A stretch of DNA of 64,000 bases. It comes from Cyanidioschyzon merolae (taxonomy: Eukaryota). This document shows positions 1 through 12,286 of the stretch, piece by piece. The notes under the pieces were generated by a model. It did not search any database. It was given only the letters and a program-made list of their open reading frames with translations, and was not told where the DNA came from. The translations under genes were made by a program, and so were the position numbers. Each line of letters opens with the position of its first letter. The first letter of the stretch is position 1. The stretch lies in the NCBI GenBank assembly GCA_000091205.1, contig AP006484.2, one strand, 5' to 3'.

Positions 1-435
1 GTGGAATCTCCTCTGGATCTGCCGGTAGCAACGCTTTATCAAAGACTGCAACTCGTCGAAGAGGTTCGTGGGAGCCGCTTCGACATCTCATGGATTTTGC
101 GTTTCTGTCAGCGGGTGTTGCGTTTTGCGGAAACGCAGTCGATTCCTTCTTGTCGCGGTACGCCGGCACTGTCATTGTTGGTGTATCACATTGCAGCAGT
201 TGCTGGCCGACTGCTCTGTTTCAGTCTGATCCACGGCGACGCGTGGTCAGTGCTCGAGGATCCTGCAGATCGATCTGCGGCTCTGACTCGAATTCGAGGC
301 CTGCTCGACGTGCTGCCGCTTCTAGAGGGAGATCGTCACCTGCTCTGGAGCGAACTAGAGTTTGCAGATGTAGCGTCCATGCGACAGAACCAGCGCTGGA
401 TATTGCGAGACCCGCTGCGCGCGCTTCGTTTCTAG
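1..435 (+). CDS. 3' end of an unidentified protein-coding ORF running off the window start (hypothetical protein, C-terminal fragment)
   Basis: Open frame from base 1 to a stop at 435 with no recognisable family motif. It is partial, so the start is unknown. Confidence 0.2.
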   Translation: MESPLDLPVATLYQRLQLVEEVRGSRFDISWILRFCQRVLRFAETQSIPSCRGTPALSLLVYHIAAVAGRLLCFSLIHGDAWSVLEDPADRSAALTRIRGLLDVLPLLEGDRHLLWSELEFADVASMRQNQRWILRDPLRALRF

Positions 436-2129
436 GGCCATACCCGGATCACCGAGTAGGATGCGAGATACGAACCAGGGATGATGGGATCGGGGCCTTG
501 CGAACGATGGGCGTACGACTGCCAGACCGCCTCGTGTGGATGGTGTCGGGCCTTGAATTCAGCGTTCGTGGATACCGATTGTTAATCTGTGACGGCCACT
601 GACGGCAGCGTAAAGCAGCAGAAAAAGCATTGTGCAGCGTTCTTTAGACGCTATTCCGTTTGCACACGTGGATTTGACCATACTGACGGGAGCACGCGTG
701 GTCGTACTCCGGTGCTGACCCCCGATGCCGCCGCTTCGGATCCTGCATGTGTTCGCTCAGCGGCCGTGTCGACGGCATATCATCCCATGGGAATGAGCAT
801 CTGGTACTTTCGCTGCACCCCTGTTCTCATGCCAGGCTCGGACAAGTCCCGGCACACCGGGCGGCATCGCTTTGTAACTGCATCGAATTGTGGCAGCGTT
901 GTGTATGACCACTGGACCAGCCATGCAGCGACTTCTTATCGCCGGCGGGGGGGGGGCCAGAAGCCGGCACCATTCTCAAGAGGTGCTTTTAGATCCGGAA
1001 ACTGCCGCGCGTGTCCAAAACGGACGAGCCGGCCTTCCGAACCAGCTCCCAGGGGAAAGTCGTGATACGCAGTCGAAAGCGGCGTAGCCGACGCTCAAGC
1101 CGAAGGCCGCCGACGCACCAACCAACATCGGTTGAAGCACCCAGTGCGTCAGCAGCGCCCAGACGGTGTGTACCGGAGACTCCGCGTCCTGCCGGAGGTC
1201 TGTGCGCGCCAAGACGCGGCCCCGAAACAGTGGTGCTGTCGGGGGAAGCGACGCTGGACTTTCACCAGAAATCGGTGCCGTTGCGTCACTGCGTCCGTCG
1301 TCGGAGACGCCCTCAGTATCGAGTTCACTATCACGATCAGGTTCTTCAGAAGACATCGCGCTCAGCGACTGCACATAGTCCCGCCGTTTGCGCGGTGACC
1401 AGTAGTTCGGGGACACCGATGCTCGCATGGTGGCAGCAGCGCGTACGCAGAGCACCTGCGAACGCGAGAAGTGCTCCGCAGGCGTTCCGGGTGGAGCGAC
1501 CTTTGGTGCATTGCCGCGCGCCACGCATGCTTGGCGGGAAAGATGTCACGAAAGCTTTGTGACACGCCATCGCCCTGACGCTCGCGTCGGCAGCGGCGCG
1601 CTGGCGTCGCATCGCATGTGCCGGGGGGCTCATGCGTGCAGCCTGTTCGTCACGACGCCGCCGTGACGCCAGCCCTGCATCGCTGGGGTACCCTGCGGAG
1701 GCGTTGCTTCCGTTGAGCATGTCTGCTGGTATGCGCTTTTTATCTTCAGAGAGCGTCCACCGTTCGTGGTTCAGTCCGCTGTCTCCTGACTCGCATGTTC
1801 ACAGCAGTCGTTCTTGTGCTGTTCCGCTTGTATGCGCGTTCGAAAGCTCCGTCTCATAACACGACGCTTGTTTAGACCGACCATTCGAAATGTACATGGG
1901 TCAGCGCGTGATGTCTACGGCCTAGAACTTATGTTGGAAATGTTTTTATTGCCGTATAAGCGATACTACACGATGCATCTGGATTGTCATGAAGCAAATT
2001 GCCGGTGTTTTGGGGACTGTTTTGGCGGCGCGCCGCATTGGGCGCTCTATACGCGCACTCATGCCTAAACTCACTCATGATCTCATGGCTAGGACAATGT
2101 CCTGTGATAGCCTTTCTGGGACACTGTCT

Positions 2130-2162
<33 letters not shown>

Positions 2163-2340
2163 ATAATGATGATTCTTATCGTTGACACCATTTCCATTTT
2201 GCACGGCTATCTGTGCTCGCGTCGGGCACCCGTTGGTACCTTCATACGAATGCTGGGTGCTCCTACTACCTTTTCAACTACGCGTGAGCATGAATGGTTT
2301 CTGATCCGAGTGCCTTGTGCCTTGCATCTCCTTGCAGTGC

Positions 2341-3135
2341 CTACTGCGATGTCGGGGTGCCTGCTCGCCCTGCTGCAAACTCGCGACGCACGCAGCTATC
2401 CAGCTGTCGTGTGGCCGGCAAGTACCAGCGCTTGCGCCAGTTTCCAAGGAGCAGACGCACCGGCGCCGGTAAGGTTGCTTTAAATCGTGCAAGCTCCTCC
2501 GGGTCATCTTTGATTGCTTCGTGAAAGCTAACAACATGAAGGCGTTTCTGCTCCATGCTGAGTCGGCGGCGCACCTGCTCCTCGAACCCACGCTGGACGC
2601 TGGTAGGAATTCGTTCTGCCACAGTTGCGATCACCATGAGCTGCTGACTCGTATACGCTTGCTCCATTTGGCGGGACAAGAGTCGAGCAGCCTGCTCTAG
2701 TCGCTGGCGATGCTGCGGGCACTGTGATGGGATAGCGCATGCCTCGACTTCGTCTCGGATGCGTTTTTCGAGCTCTTGAATACAGCGATCGTGTCTCTCG
2801 ATGGTTCGTTGAATTGGAGCGAATGTCTCCGTCGGAAGGTTCTTTTGAAGGAACGGAAGAAACACCTCGTTCTGCACGAGTCTAAAGTCACGAAGGTTGG
2901 TGTCCAGCAACCAGCGAACCGCCGAGTTCAGCGACTGTGCCGAGCACTGGTTACCGCCCCAGTCGCACTTGGACTTCCGGACAGCGCTTTCGAAACGCTT
3001 CGCGTCGCGCACCAGGGCAGCCTGGTGCCACCGCCACCCGTGAATGTGAAAACGGCTCAGTCGGTTTTGTCGCCTCTCAAGCGTCTCGAGCTCGCACTGC
3101 GTTCGAGCCATAAAAACCGCGCTCATGATCTCCAT
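2341..3135 (-). CDS. Hypothetical protein with a hemerythrin/HHE-like metal-binding motif; start placed at the internal ATG (MEIMSAV...)
   Basis: The 383-aa ORF 2341..3492 begins with a His/Arg-rich, low-complexity N-terminus. The ATG at 3135 is followed by helical sequence containing FHIHGWRWHQ, a NEVFLPFL motif (similar to the E..LFP.L hemerythrin signature) and HDRCIQELEKRIRDE. Confidence 0.35.
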   Translation of the reverse strand: MEIMSAVFMARTQCELETLERRQNRLSRFHIHGWRWHQAALVRDAKRFESAVRKSKCDWGGNQCSAQSLNSAVRWLLDTNLRDFRLVQNEVFLPFLQKNLPTETFAPIQRTIERHDRCIQELEKRIRDEVEACAIPSQCPQHRQRLEQAARLLSRQMEQAYTSQQLMVIATVAERIPTSVQRGFEEQVRRRLSMEQKRLHVVSFHEAIKDDPEELARFKATLPAPVRLLLGNWRKRWYLPATRQLDSCVRREFAAGRAGTPTSQ

Positions 3136-4202
3136 GAAGTTGAAATTGAAAGTTAAAGACAGGGATAACCGGTCCGTCGCTTTTCTCAGCAAAGCATAGA
3201 CTACGTATACTCTTGCACCTGAGCTCAAACGAGTACATGGGGGCGAACGGATGCGCACGAGGAGATCGCGCGCCACGGACCGCGGGGAGGCTGCTTGCGC
3301 GCGAGCGGGCATCGGCGATGCCAGGCCTCGTGCCGGTACCTTGCGGCGCACTGCATCTACCTGTTCATCCCCTGGACGGGGGTAACCGTGGTGTCGGCAC
3401 ATGGGGTGTCGCAGCTGCACCTGAAAGCATCGCATAGCTGTTTCGTGTCTGGATCGGTGACTGTGGCGTCGATGCGTACGGGTTCGCATCAAGCACCTGA
3501 GGCGTACTCGCCAAGCACAGCTCGTCTGAATCTAGCACCCATTTCCGACGGGAAATGTAGTTTGGTGGCTACGGTACGCAGTAGCGTTCTTGAAGAAACT
3601 GAGGTCTACGGTGTCTCCTCTGGTAAACCTGGCGCAACAGAGGAGTTCCGATTACGTTTCAACTTCATTAGCCATCAGAGAGCACCGGTTGCATGCTGTG
3701 GCGCAGGTACTGCCCGACGTGTGAAAGGTGGACGTTTTCGTGGGCCATGTGTTTGCCGCTCTGCAAACTGGCACATCTCAGAGCGCCCAAACGCAAACGA
3801 ATCAACGATCCGCCAGTGAGTTCGGTGGTCTGCGATCCATCCTTTGGATACGCATACGCGAAGTATGCGTTTCACCCGGTCACTTGATTCGCAGACAGTA
3901 CTTCAGACACATCGATATTGTGCGATAAAGAAAGCGCTTCTGCTCGTTATATTCTAGCAAGCATACTCCGCGTGTACGACTGTAGCGCTTCTGCTCCTCA
4001 GTAGAGCGGGTACGCGTGTCCGCGCTCCTTTTCCACGCCAGCGCCGGGACTCGGCGGCCCGCAGCAGCGCTCTCGGTAGGCCGAGTGGTGCGAGCCGTCT
4101 GGCGTCGACGCTGCCGCATTCGGCATCGCAGCGGCACCTGGGATACGCCCCAGCAGGTGTGCTTTCTGTGTGTGTTTGTGACGAACTCTGAGAAGTGTCA
4201 TC

Positions 4203-4640
4203 ATGGCTGGTAACGGCGGCGAAACGGACCGTTACACTTGGACACAGACCCTTCAACAGGTGACTGTGGTCCTCAAGCACGACATTGCACAGAAACGAGA
4301 CCTCAAAGTCTCGTTCGACACAAATCGACTGCAGGTGCTCTACGGAGACAGCGTTCTGCTCGACGGCGAGTTGCATCGTCCGATCAAGCCTGGTGAGTCG
4401 CTTTGGTACTTGGAGGGAACCAGTCTGGTTCTGGAGCTGGAAAAGTCGAACAATATGGAGTGGTGGTCTCGGGTGCTCGTTGGAGACGCCGAGATCGACC
4501 CGTCCAAGTGCGAGCCCGAAACAAGTCGGTTGTCGGACCTTGACGGCGAAACGCGGCAGCTCGTCGAGAAAATGATGCTCCAACAGCGAGCCCGAATGTT
4601 TGCGGAGAGAGCACCTGGGAGTGGTGCGCCCGGGCCCTGA
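4203..4640 (+). CDS. Small NudC / CS-domain protein (NudC-domain-containing, p23-like fold)
   Basis: ATG start. The C-terminus KCEPETSRLSDLDGETRQLVEKMMLQQRA matches the conserved NudC C-terminal signature ([28 protein letters not shown]). An upstream beta-rich CS-like core is present (RYTWTQTLQQVTVVLK, SLWYLEG, LVLELEK). Confidence 0.7.
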   Translation: MAGNGGETDRYTWTQTLQQVTVVLKHDIAQKRDLKVSFDTNRLQVLYGDSVLLDGELHRPIKPGESLWYLEGTSLVLELEKSNNMEWWSRVLVGDAEIDPSKCEPETSRLSDLDGETRQLVEKMMLQQRARMFAERAPGSGAPGP

Positions 4641-7600
4641 AGCAGCGACTGGAGTGAGACTCAGTGCGAGTGCACCAACTCGCTTTATTGCCGATCAGCG
4701 TCAGGTTCAGCCCTGTCTTTTACATTGAACTCGGGCGACGTGATCGGTCGATTGAGAACTACCTGCTCTCTGGGTACGACGGAAATGTGATGCGGCTTGG
4801 CGTCTCGTACGGCATATGCACAAGTTCAGTGCAGTCACGTCCTGCACGCTTGCGCGTTGAACCATGACGCAACGTGTTCGGACGCGCACTTTCCGGCAGA
4901 CGCGTATCACAGAACCTGCGTTTGTCTCACGACACTGAAGCGTACGGAAATCTTCATTTGCGCGCTTCCGAGCAGAAGCACTTGGAGCTCGATTTCGGGG
5001 TCATGCTCTCACCACAGCTGGACGCGAGATCATCATAGTTCAATGTAAACCACGTTGTGCACCACGACGGTGTTCGGCCTGTGCAATCAGGCGCTCGCCG
5101 GCAGCATGGCGTGGTTGGCGGGCAAACGCGCGACTCCGATGGAATGCGTTTGGAGTCATGATATTCGTCGTGCAAACAGGAAGACGTTGTCGTTGACTTA
5201 TCTTGCCCGCCGTAGCTCCGCTGGGATCTCGGTCGCGTCAAGCTGGGGCACCGCTCCCTGCAGCCATCGCGGAGGTGGATAGCCATCTGCTCGCTCCTCC
5301 GGCTTGAATGGTACCGCTTTTACCAGAGAATATCCACAGAGTAGCGTCTGGCGCGCCAACTGCCAGTGGTCTCGACCCAAGTCTTGCCGCAGCTGTGCCC
5401 AGCGGTCCTGTTCCAGGCTCACAGGGCGGGCGTAGAACGGTACCGATCGCTGCAAACTGTAGCGTTCGAGTGCGTGCTCGGCGTCTTCGCGCTGTCTGTG
5501 GATAACCTTCCAAGCAAAGTTTGGCAAGTTCTGTATGAGATGGATAGCTGCCACAAAAAACCACATGCGCTAAGCTCTGAGCACTCCGCCCCTGGTCAAC
5601 CAGGCGTCCAAGAGTGTTTGCTTCTCTTTTCGCAGCACAGCGCAGAGGAAGAGCGCCACGAGCAGGTACGCACGCAGTCGTCGTTCGTAAAACTGGTTCG
5701 TAGACCAGGTGCTCGCCCTGATGACGTTCTGCACCGTTTGCTCTGTACCAGCAAAAGCGTGCGCTCCACGCTTCTCACTGTCGTTGAGAAAAAGTGAGCG
5801 ACTTGCCACCGTCTTGTGGTGCTAACGCGATTCGAACGCGTGCGGGCGTTGTGCCCAGAGGATCTTGAGTCCTCCCCCTTGAATGGGCATCTTCGAGCGC
5901 CGGTGCAGCTGCCTGATGGCGATCTTGCTGCCTGCGCGTCATGCAAACCACTCGGAGCATAGCACCTGTGCGAGGGTGTCAAGCGCTCGCCGCCTCTTCC
6001 GCACCGTGCCGTAAATTTGCATCCAAATTCATATATAAAGCCGTTTCTCGATTGCGCCAGTGTCGGATTTTTTTCCTTGACAGAACGTTTACCTAGGCCA
6101 GCGTTCTCCGATTATGCGCTTTTTCCTTTCTTTTTGGGGTTTTCAGTGCACTGCGAAGTATCCATCAAACACCCTACCCCCCGCTGCATTCCCTATACTT
6201 CTTCTCGGATATTCTGGTCGTTTCATACTTCGCATCGTGTGTGCCTGGTGCCTGCCGAAAGCGACCGCAATGGTGCCTCTAACGCCATTGCGGTCGCTGA
6301 ACGGATACAGAACTGCGCTGCCGTACCGCACAGAGGGCGTCGACTCGAGGCCCGTGTCGGACGCAGACTGAACGCTGAACGACTCGCTCTGTGCCCGATG
6401 TTCGTTATTTCTGAACCTTGTTTCGGTGTACTGGCTCGACATTCGAGGTGCAGCAGTAAATGAATCGGAATCGATCCGTATTTTAGGGTTTTCTGTCGTC
6501 TTTTTGGAGTGGCTTTGTTGACGATTTGTCGTTGGAATTATTTGCGTCACTGAATTCACGATGACGGACGACGAGATGAAACGGAGATTCGAAAAACGAA
6601 TGGAAACCGTTTCCCGACGCATACGAATGCGCTTCCACGCTCCTGCGTTTCTTTCGTGCAGCAGGTTCATACTATGTTTATGCTTCAAGTTATCGATCTT
6701 TGTGTTTCATGGCGGCCCGTTGGCGCAGAAGATCGCGCCCCTTGATAGACGGGCAGAGCAGAAACTTGTCATCGTCAATTGATGACTGGATCAAAACCTC
6801 ATCGCGCAAGTATACTGAGCTTGTCACGTCCCATAACCAACTCCGTTCAAAACACAAATCATTCTCTGCTTTAGACGTCGGAGAAACTGCACGCGAACCA
6901 GCATGATGCTTCGCATGGGATGCGCTCCGAAACGCTCCTGTCCTTTCTGTTTGCAGGGAAAAGGGCCTCGGACTCAGACTCTAGTGATCCCAGCGATCAC
7001 TGCCATCGGAGCGTGCGTCAGCGTTTTCCAAGATGGCAGCGTAGACGAATCGAAGTATTTCGACTTGATCACCGTCTTGGATTTTCCTTCCGGTACTTGT
7101 TTCATCATGGACGACATCGTGTTCCACAAACACTCTGTCGAATGAGATAGTGTGCGCTTGCGTGTGCAGCCTGCAATGACCTCCGCGAGGCCATCGCTCC
7201 GACCTGGCGCGTTCTCGTAGGTTATTGAACTTGAACGGGAAACGAAAACGAGCGTCGATTGAAGCCGTCCTTGCCAGTCAAAGGCGTGTCGCGACTAGTG
7301 AAGCAAACGTTCACGCACTACAAAACGACACTCGGGGGACGAGGAGATGTCGTATATTCGTATGAGTACAGATGATCTCAATCAAATTCCGACGTGTCGA
7401 ACGGCGTTCCGGGTCCGAATACAAAGAAGATACAAAAAGCAAGCGATGCACAGATCATAATTTCCATATGTGCATAAAACTCGTCGAAAAAAAGCCAAAA
7501 GCACAGCAATAAGGAATCGAATGCTGCCATGAACATGCTTCCACCGTTGACAGCGAAGCTGGAAGGACAGAAGCGAACGGCGTACTGAGAAGCATAGGTT

Positions 7601-8024
7601 ACAGAGGGGAAAAACAAGCATTCACATATTTATCCAGCATCTGATGGTCTGGAGCACAGCGAAGAGCGTCGCAAGCCTTCAGCAAGGACGCCTGTGTTGG
7701 AGCACTTGCCCCATTGAAGTCTGATACGGGTATCATGGTACGCATTGACATTGAAATCGATGCATTATACGGGTTAGCGACGCTTGGACAGAGCTCTAGA
7801 GTAAATGGAGCCACCACAATGCTGCCACAGAGTCCCTGCGGCAGGCCCGTCGTCGTTCGAGCACATGGTCATGTGCACAACGAGTCGTTGCAGTTGCAGT
7901 GACTTGGTGTTCGTAGACCGCAACACCATAGGACGCAAGTGTTGCTGGCGCAGGTCGGAACGACGAGTCCACAACATGCGTACAGTGCACAGCTGCCGCG
8001 TTACACGGCAGCTGTGGCGCTGCT

Positions 8025-8135
8025 TCAGAGGCTAGAGACGCTGCTGCGACCTGACCAGGTGATCGGGAACCTGCAGGGGTAATTTGATCGCCACTGTATC
8101 CAGAGGCTAGAGATGCTGCTGCGACCTAACCAGGT
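8025..8135. repeat. Two copies of a roughly 35-bp direct repeat (cagaggctagagacgctgctgcgacctgaccaggt) separated by about 40 bp
   Basis: Near-identical strings at about 8025-8060 and 8100-8135, seen directly. Confidence 0.5.
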
Positions 8136-8431
8136 CACATGATCTCTGAAACCGGCAATGTAATCTTGAATGTACGTTGCTGGATGCGCGTTGGGTCAAC
8201 AGAAATTGTATTCCGCGTTTCTCGAGCTTCTTAGGCAGACATTGCGCTAGAGAACCTCCACAGTGCTCGGAAAGAGAAAGACCTACAGGTATCCTCCTGG
8301 ACATGAACGCATCATCTGTTCCGGTTCACAGCGGAGAGCGTGGATCGCTTGACGCCTCAGCACCGCGATAACTTGTCTCGGTAACGAGGCTACGTACAGC
8401 ACGACTGCTCGTCGCATCGGAACGGTTGGCC

Positions 8432-9784
8432 TCAAGCGGACGCTCGCAGCCGCCGCCTCGGCGTCAAAGACTCGCTTTCGTTCTCTTTTGAAGCATCGCC
8501 TGTAATCCATTCGATGCCACGCGTCACAATACACGTCATATGGGCATCAGGTCCGTAGACCTCTACCGGAATGCCGAGCTGCTCGCCAACCTCTTCCATC
8601 ATACGCAAACCGGTTTCGTAGTTCGGACCTCCGCGTCGAACGAAGAGTTTCATTCGCGCTACCTGCAGCTTTCCTGCAAAATCCTTCAAGGCCTGAACAA
8701 TACCAGTAAAGGTCGCTGCAACGTCGGTAAAATTCGCAATCCCGCCACCTATGAGGAGGCAACGCGGCCTCCCGTCCGGCTCATTTGTAGCCAGTTCGAG
8801 GATCGCTCGAGCAAATAGATAGGTTTCTTCTGGCTTCGGATTACCGCTATATTCCGCATAATTTGCAAGTTCGTCACCGTACCCGAGATCGACGACGGTA
8901 TCGCTGTAAATAACAGAAGCTCCGCCGCCAGCAACCATCGTCCAAATCCTGCCCTTCGGATTCAGAACCGTCAGTTTGAGCGATGCGCTCGATGTGGCAT
9001 CCAGGTTCGCAACCAAGCGCTCTTGAGGCCACTTGGAGCATCCCCAGGGTTCAGGAAACTGTACGTTCAGCCATTTGCGAGCGTTTTTGAATCCTGCGTA
9101 CGAGTCGAGCTCGGCACGCAGGTCCAGAGGCCACACCTGCGGCTCGGGTGCAGGTTGACCATCATCACCAGGGAACGCAGCTATGGTCAACGGGTTCATC
9201 TCAAGGAACGTAAAGTCCAGATCATCGAATATGGCGTACAACCTATCTACATAGGCTTCCAAAACCTGGCGCGATTGCTCACGCGCAACGTCCGTAAACA
9301 GCTCGGCAAAGTGACGCTCCTGGAGCGTCTCCGTCGGACCCAGTTGCACCGTTCTAAGTTTATCCCAGTTCTCTTCAACATCCATACCACCAGCGCAGCT
9401 GAAACTGATCACGTTACCGTTGCGGACACTTTGAATACTCAGATAATACTCGACGTCGTGGGGAAGGTACGGCTCGACGATGCAGGTTGTGATTCGCCCG
9501 CGAACGCCCTGAACCTCGATCTCGCCCCGTCGCTTTATGAGATCCTCAGCGAAATCTACCGCTTGTTCAAGGTCCGCCTTTAGTAGCACCAGGTTTTGCT
9601 TTCCGCGTTTTCCGAACAACATATCCGGTTTCACGACGAGTTGGCAGGACGCGAGCCACGGCTGCTCTGGCAAGCTCTCCACGAGACTGCGGTTCGCTTG
9701 AACCTGCACCGCGCGTAGCCGTCGACCCATGTGGTGACTCAGGAGCCGTTTAGCGTCGTATTCGCGAATCTTCTTCCACGCCAT
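8432..9784 (-). CDS. ACLA: ATP-citrate lyase subunit A (ATP-grasp / succinyl-CoA-synthetase-beta-like N-terminal half of ACL)
   Basis: The N-terminus MAWKKIREYDAKRLL matches the plant/fungal ACLA start MARKKIREYDSKRLL. Full-length collinear similarity continues through ...LTVLNPKGRIWTMVAGGGASVIYSDTV...IGGGIANFTDVAATF. The ORF tool's first M is a GTG, so the true ATG is 4 codons in, at 9784. A short basic C-terminal extension is present. Confidence 0.9.
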   Translation of the reverse strand: MAWKKIREYDAKRLLSHHMGRRLRAVQVQANRSLVESLPEQPWLASCQLVVKPDMLFGKRGKQNLVLLKADLEQAVDFAEDLIKRRGEIEVQGVRGRITTCIVEPYLPHDVEYYLSIQSVRNGNVISFSCAGGMDVEENWDKLRTVQLGPTETLQERHFAELFTDVAREQSRQVLEAYVDRLYAIFDDLDFTFLEMNPLTIAAFPGDDGQPAPEPQVWPLDLRAELDSYAGFKNARKWLNVQFPEPWGCSKWPQERLVANLDATSSASLKLTVLNPKGRIWTMVAGGGASVIYSDTVVDLGYGDELANYAEYSGNPKPEETYLFARAILELATNEPDGRPRCLLIGGGIANFTDVAATFTGIVQALKDFAGKLQVARMKLFVRRGGPNYETGLRMMEEVGEQLGIPVEVYGPDAHMTCIVTRGIEWITGDASKENESESLTPRRRLRASA

Positions 9785-10222
9785 AGTGTCGAACACCTAG
9801 AGCTTGCGCTCAAGCACCCGAATGCCAGCGCAGAAACGTATCGACCGCACCGGCGCCGGGGCTTGTTCTCAGCACTGGACGATGGGCGCGCTCCTGTCAG
9901 GTTGTTTGACGCAAGTACGCCTGACGGGATATACGTCAATGGAAGCGGTGCGCTTTGGTGACCAAGAGTCGGAAAAGTGACTTTGAGGCACGTGCTCTGG
10001 TCCAGGAGGTTACGCAGCTGTCTCGCATGAAAGGACTGGCTTGCCAAGCACCAGGTCTGAACGTCCAGTGTTTCGCGTAGCTTGCGGACGTTCGAGCGGT
10101 GGAGCTTTTCGCCGAGAATCGAGCGCGTTTCTCGCTCGACATCACTGATCGCTGGCCTGTTTGCCCGCCCGTATGATCGTCGGCTGGTTTGATGGCTACT
10201 TTCCCCAATTGTTATTGAAGCG

Positions 10223-12286
10223 ATGCAGACGATTCCAGGCGACGCGGTCAAGGCCTATGTAGAGGCGGACGAGCTTGATCGCTCGCTCACAACCTGGATA
10301 GAGCAGAGCCTCGCACAACGAAAGAAGCGAACTTTAAGCGCACGCTCTCTTGTCCTCTACGGACCAACAGGTGCGGGAAAACGCACACGGGTGCAGCTGG
10401 CAGCACAGCGTCTGCACCTCCGGGTACACCCGGTGCACTGTGCGGCGCTGGTATCCGCGGACTCGCCTCGCCATGCAGTGAGGAAGCTATGTCACCTTCT
10501 CCGCGATGAAGCAAACGACATCTTATTGCTTGCGGATATCGGCTGGCTGATCGAAAACGCCGTGCCTTCTGGTGCTTCGGACACCAGCTCACCCGACCGA
10601 GCGCTGCTCGGCGACAAGTCCGGAAGATCCGTCTCTCGAAGCGAGCGGAGAACCGTCGCAGATGCAACCCTGGCCAGCAGCGAGTTTCATCTAAAATCCT
10701 GGTTATGGACAGTGCTTTGCACCGAGATGCGATGGCTCGGAACGGATGATGGGGCATCACGTGGCCCGGGAGCGCTGATCATGACTTGCTGGACGCACCT
10801 GCCGTGCTGGGGATGCGTTCAGCAGCCGGTTCCATTGCCCACGTGGCAGCAACGAAAGCAGTATCTTCAGCTTGCTGGAGGACCGGAGCCTCTTGCGGAT
10901 ATCACCCCAGGCTACACCTATGCAGAACTGCATGCGCTTCTCTGGACGCTGCGGATGAGGCACGGCTCGGGAGTCTCGGGTGCTGCTGATACGCACACGA
11001 CTCCAGTGGATGCGCCTGCCTTGCATCGAGGCATCCCGCGGGATGCTTCGGTGCAAGCCTCGGGTCACTGTTCGAAAAAGACCCTCGACAAGACTCTGAA
11101 CATCGAGAAGCAGATGAATCCGGACGAAAACGATTCTGGTGAGGAGACTACGGCGATTGCACCAGCGTTATCGCTCCCAGAGGAATGCCATGTTGAGCGT
11201 GACGCTTCGCATGCCATGCCCCTGGTGTTGTTGGCTTCTCGACAGGCGCGCCCTCGAAAGCAGACAGGCTTGGATGCAGCAACTGCGGACGAGGCTGCGG
11301 CATCCAGGGCGAGCACCGACCCCGATGACTCAAGGGAGGCGCGGGTCCACGCTGGTTGCTGCTGTCAGCACTCAAACGGCGTTGAGGCGGCGCTTGCTAG
11401 GCAACAGAGCGCTGTCGGAGAAGACCTGCTCGACCTGTCGGAAGTTCCGCCACCGGCGATCGTTCGTCAAGTGGGCGCCATCCGCTGGTGGCGACGACCA
11501 GCAGCAAGAACTCGCACCCTGCCTCTCTTTGGGCGCGCGGTGCGAGAAGCGCAGCGAACTGTTCGCCAAGCCCTAGCCGAACACCTTGCCGAGGACACAG
11601 GCAGCGAGCAACGTCACCTGCGTTCCGAGCGGAATGTTCTTGGCATTCTTCTGTACGGAGCAACTGGTAATGGCAAAACACACTTTGCAGAAATGCTAGC
11701 GCATCCCTGGCTGGACTCGGAAGCACATTTTGCGTGGCCTGCGCTAAACATGCTCCCCGTCCAGGCAACAGATATTGTTTCTGCACGTGTTGGAGAGGCT
11801 GAACGAGCGCTGCAGAGCGTCTTGACCGTTTGTGAATCCATGGGAAACTGCGTTCTCTTCATTGATCACATTGAGATGCTGGCGGCAGCGAGAGATGGCC
11901 CTTCGAGCACCCATGGTGTGCATGAGCGCCTCCTCAGCATTCTCCTCCAGTACTTGGATGGTTTCTACGCACGTCGTGGATGCCGTCGTTTTGGTTTTGT
12001 CGTTGCCACCGACGAGCCGAAGCGACTGGATCGAGCGCTCCTGCGACCGGGACGTCTGGATCTGCACATCGAGCTGCCAACACCGGATGCGCTCACTCGG
12101 ATGGAGGCGTTCAAGTACCATCTAAGTCGCGCTATGGACCAGGATGCGTTACCTGCTGACATTGGAGAGCACGCTTCTGCGTTTGCGACGGCAACGAGCG
12201 GTCTCGATATGGCTGGGGTGCGTCAGGCCGCATCCGACTGGGTATGGGATCTCTGTCATGCTACAACGCACTATGTGTCCGCTTGA
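10223..12286 (+). CDS. Two-domain AAA+ ATPase (degenerate D1, canonical D2; PEX1/PEX6- or NVL-like)
   Basis: Walker A motifs LVLYGPTGAGKRT (D1) and LLYGATGNGKTHFAEMLA (D2). D2 has the AAA hallmark VLFIDHIE...ILLQYLDG...FVVATDEPKRLDRALLRPGRLDLHIELPTPD (second region of homology / arginine finger region). ATG start. Confidence 0.8.
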   Translation: MQTIPGDAVKAYVEADELDRSLTTWIEQSLAQRKKRTLSARSLVLYGPTGAGKRTRVQLAAQRLHLRVHPVHCAALVSADSPRHAVRKLCHLLRDEANDILLLADIGWLIENAVPSGASDTSSPDRALLGDKSGRSVSRSERRTVADATLASSEFHLKSWLWTVLCTEMRWLGTDDGASRGPGALIMTCWTHLPCWGCVQQPVPLPTWQQRKQYLQLAGGPEPLADITPGYTYAELHALLWTLRMRHGSGVSGAADTHTTPVDAPALHRGIPRDASVQASGHCSKKTLDKTLNIEKQMNPDENDSGEETTAIAPALSLPEECHVERDASHAMPLVLLASRQARPRKQTGLDAATADEAAASRASTDPDDSREARVHAGCCCQHSNGVEAALARQQSAVGEDLLDLSEVPPPAIVRQVGAIRWWRRPAARTRTLPLFGRAVREAQRTVRQALAEHLAEDTGSEQRHLRSERNVLGILLYGATGNGKTHFAEMLAHPWLDSEAHFAWPALNMLPVQATDIVSARVGEAERALQSVLTVCESMGNCVLFIDHIEMLAAARDGPSSTHGVHERLLSILLQYLDGFYARRGCRRFGFVVATDEPKRLDRALLRPGRLDLHIELPTPDALTRMEAFKYHLSRAMDQDALPADIGEHASAFATATSGLDMAGVRQAASDWVWDLCHATTHYVSA

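Noticed and set aside
940-960. G10 homopolymer (ggggggggggg) at about 948
   Set aside because: It is likely a simple homopolymer or sequencing-prone site. It has no flanking structure suggesting function.
5198-5809. Two consecutive minus-strand ORFs (79 + 122 aa) with hydrophobic stretches, possibly one membrane-protein gene with a frameshift
   Set aside because: No family-level similarity was recognised, and plus-strand ORFs overlap them. This is insufficient to call.
9023-9583. 186-aa plus-strand ORF and other ORFs antisense to ACLA, AAA-ATPase, ACLB and NAGS genes
   Set aside because: These are shadow ORFs opposite well-supported genes in GC-rich DNA, with no motifs of their own.
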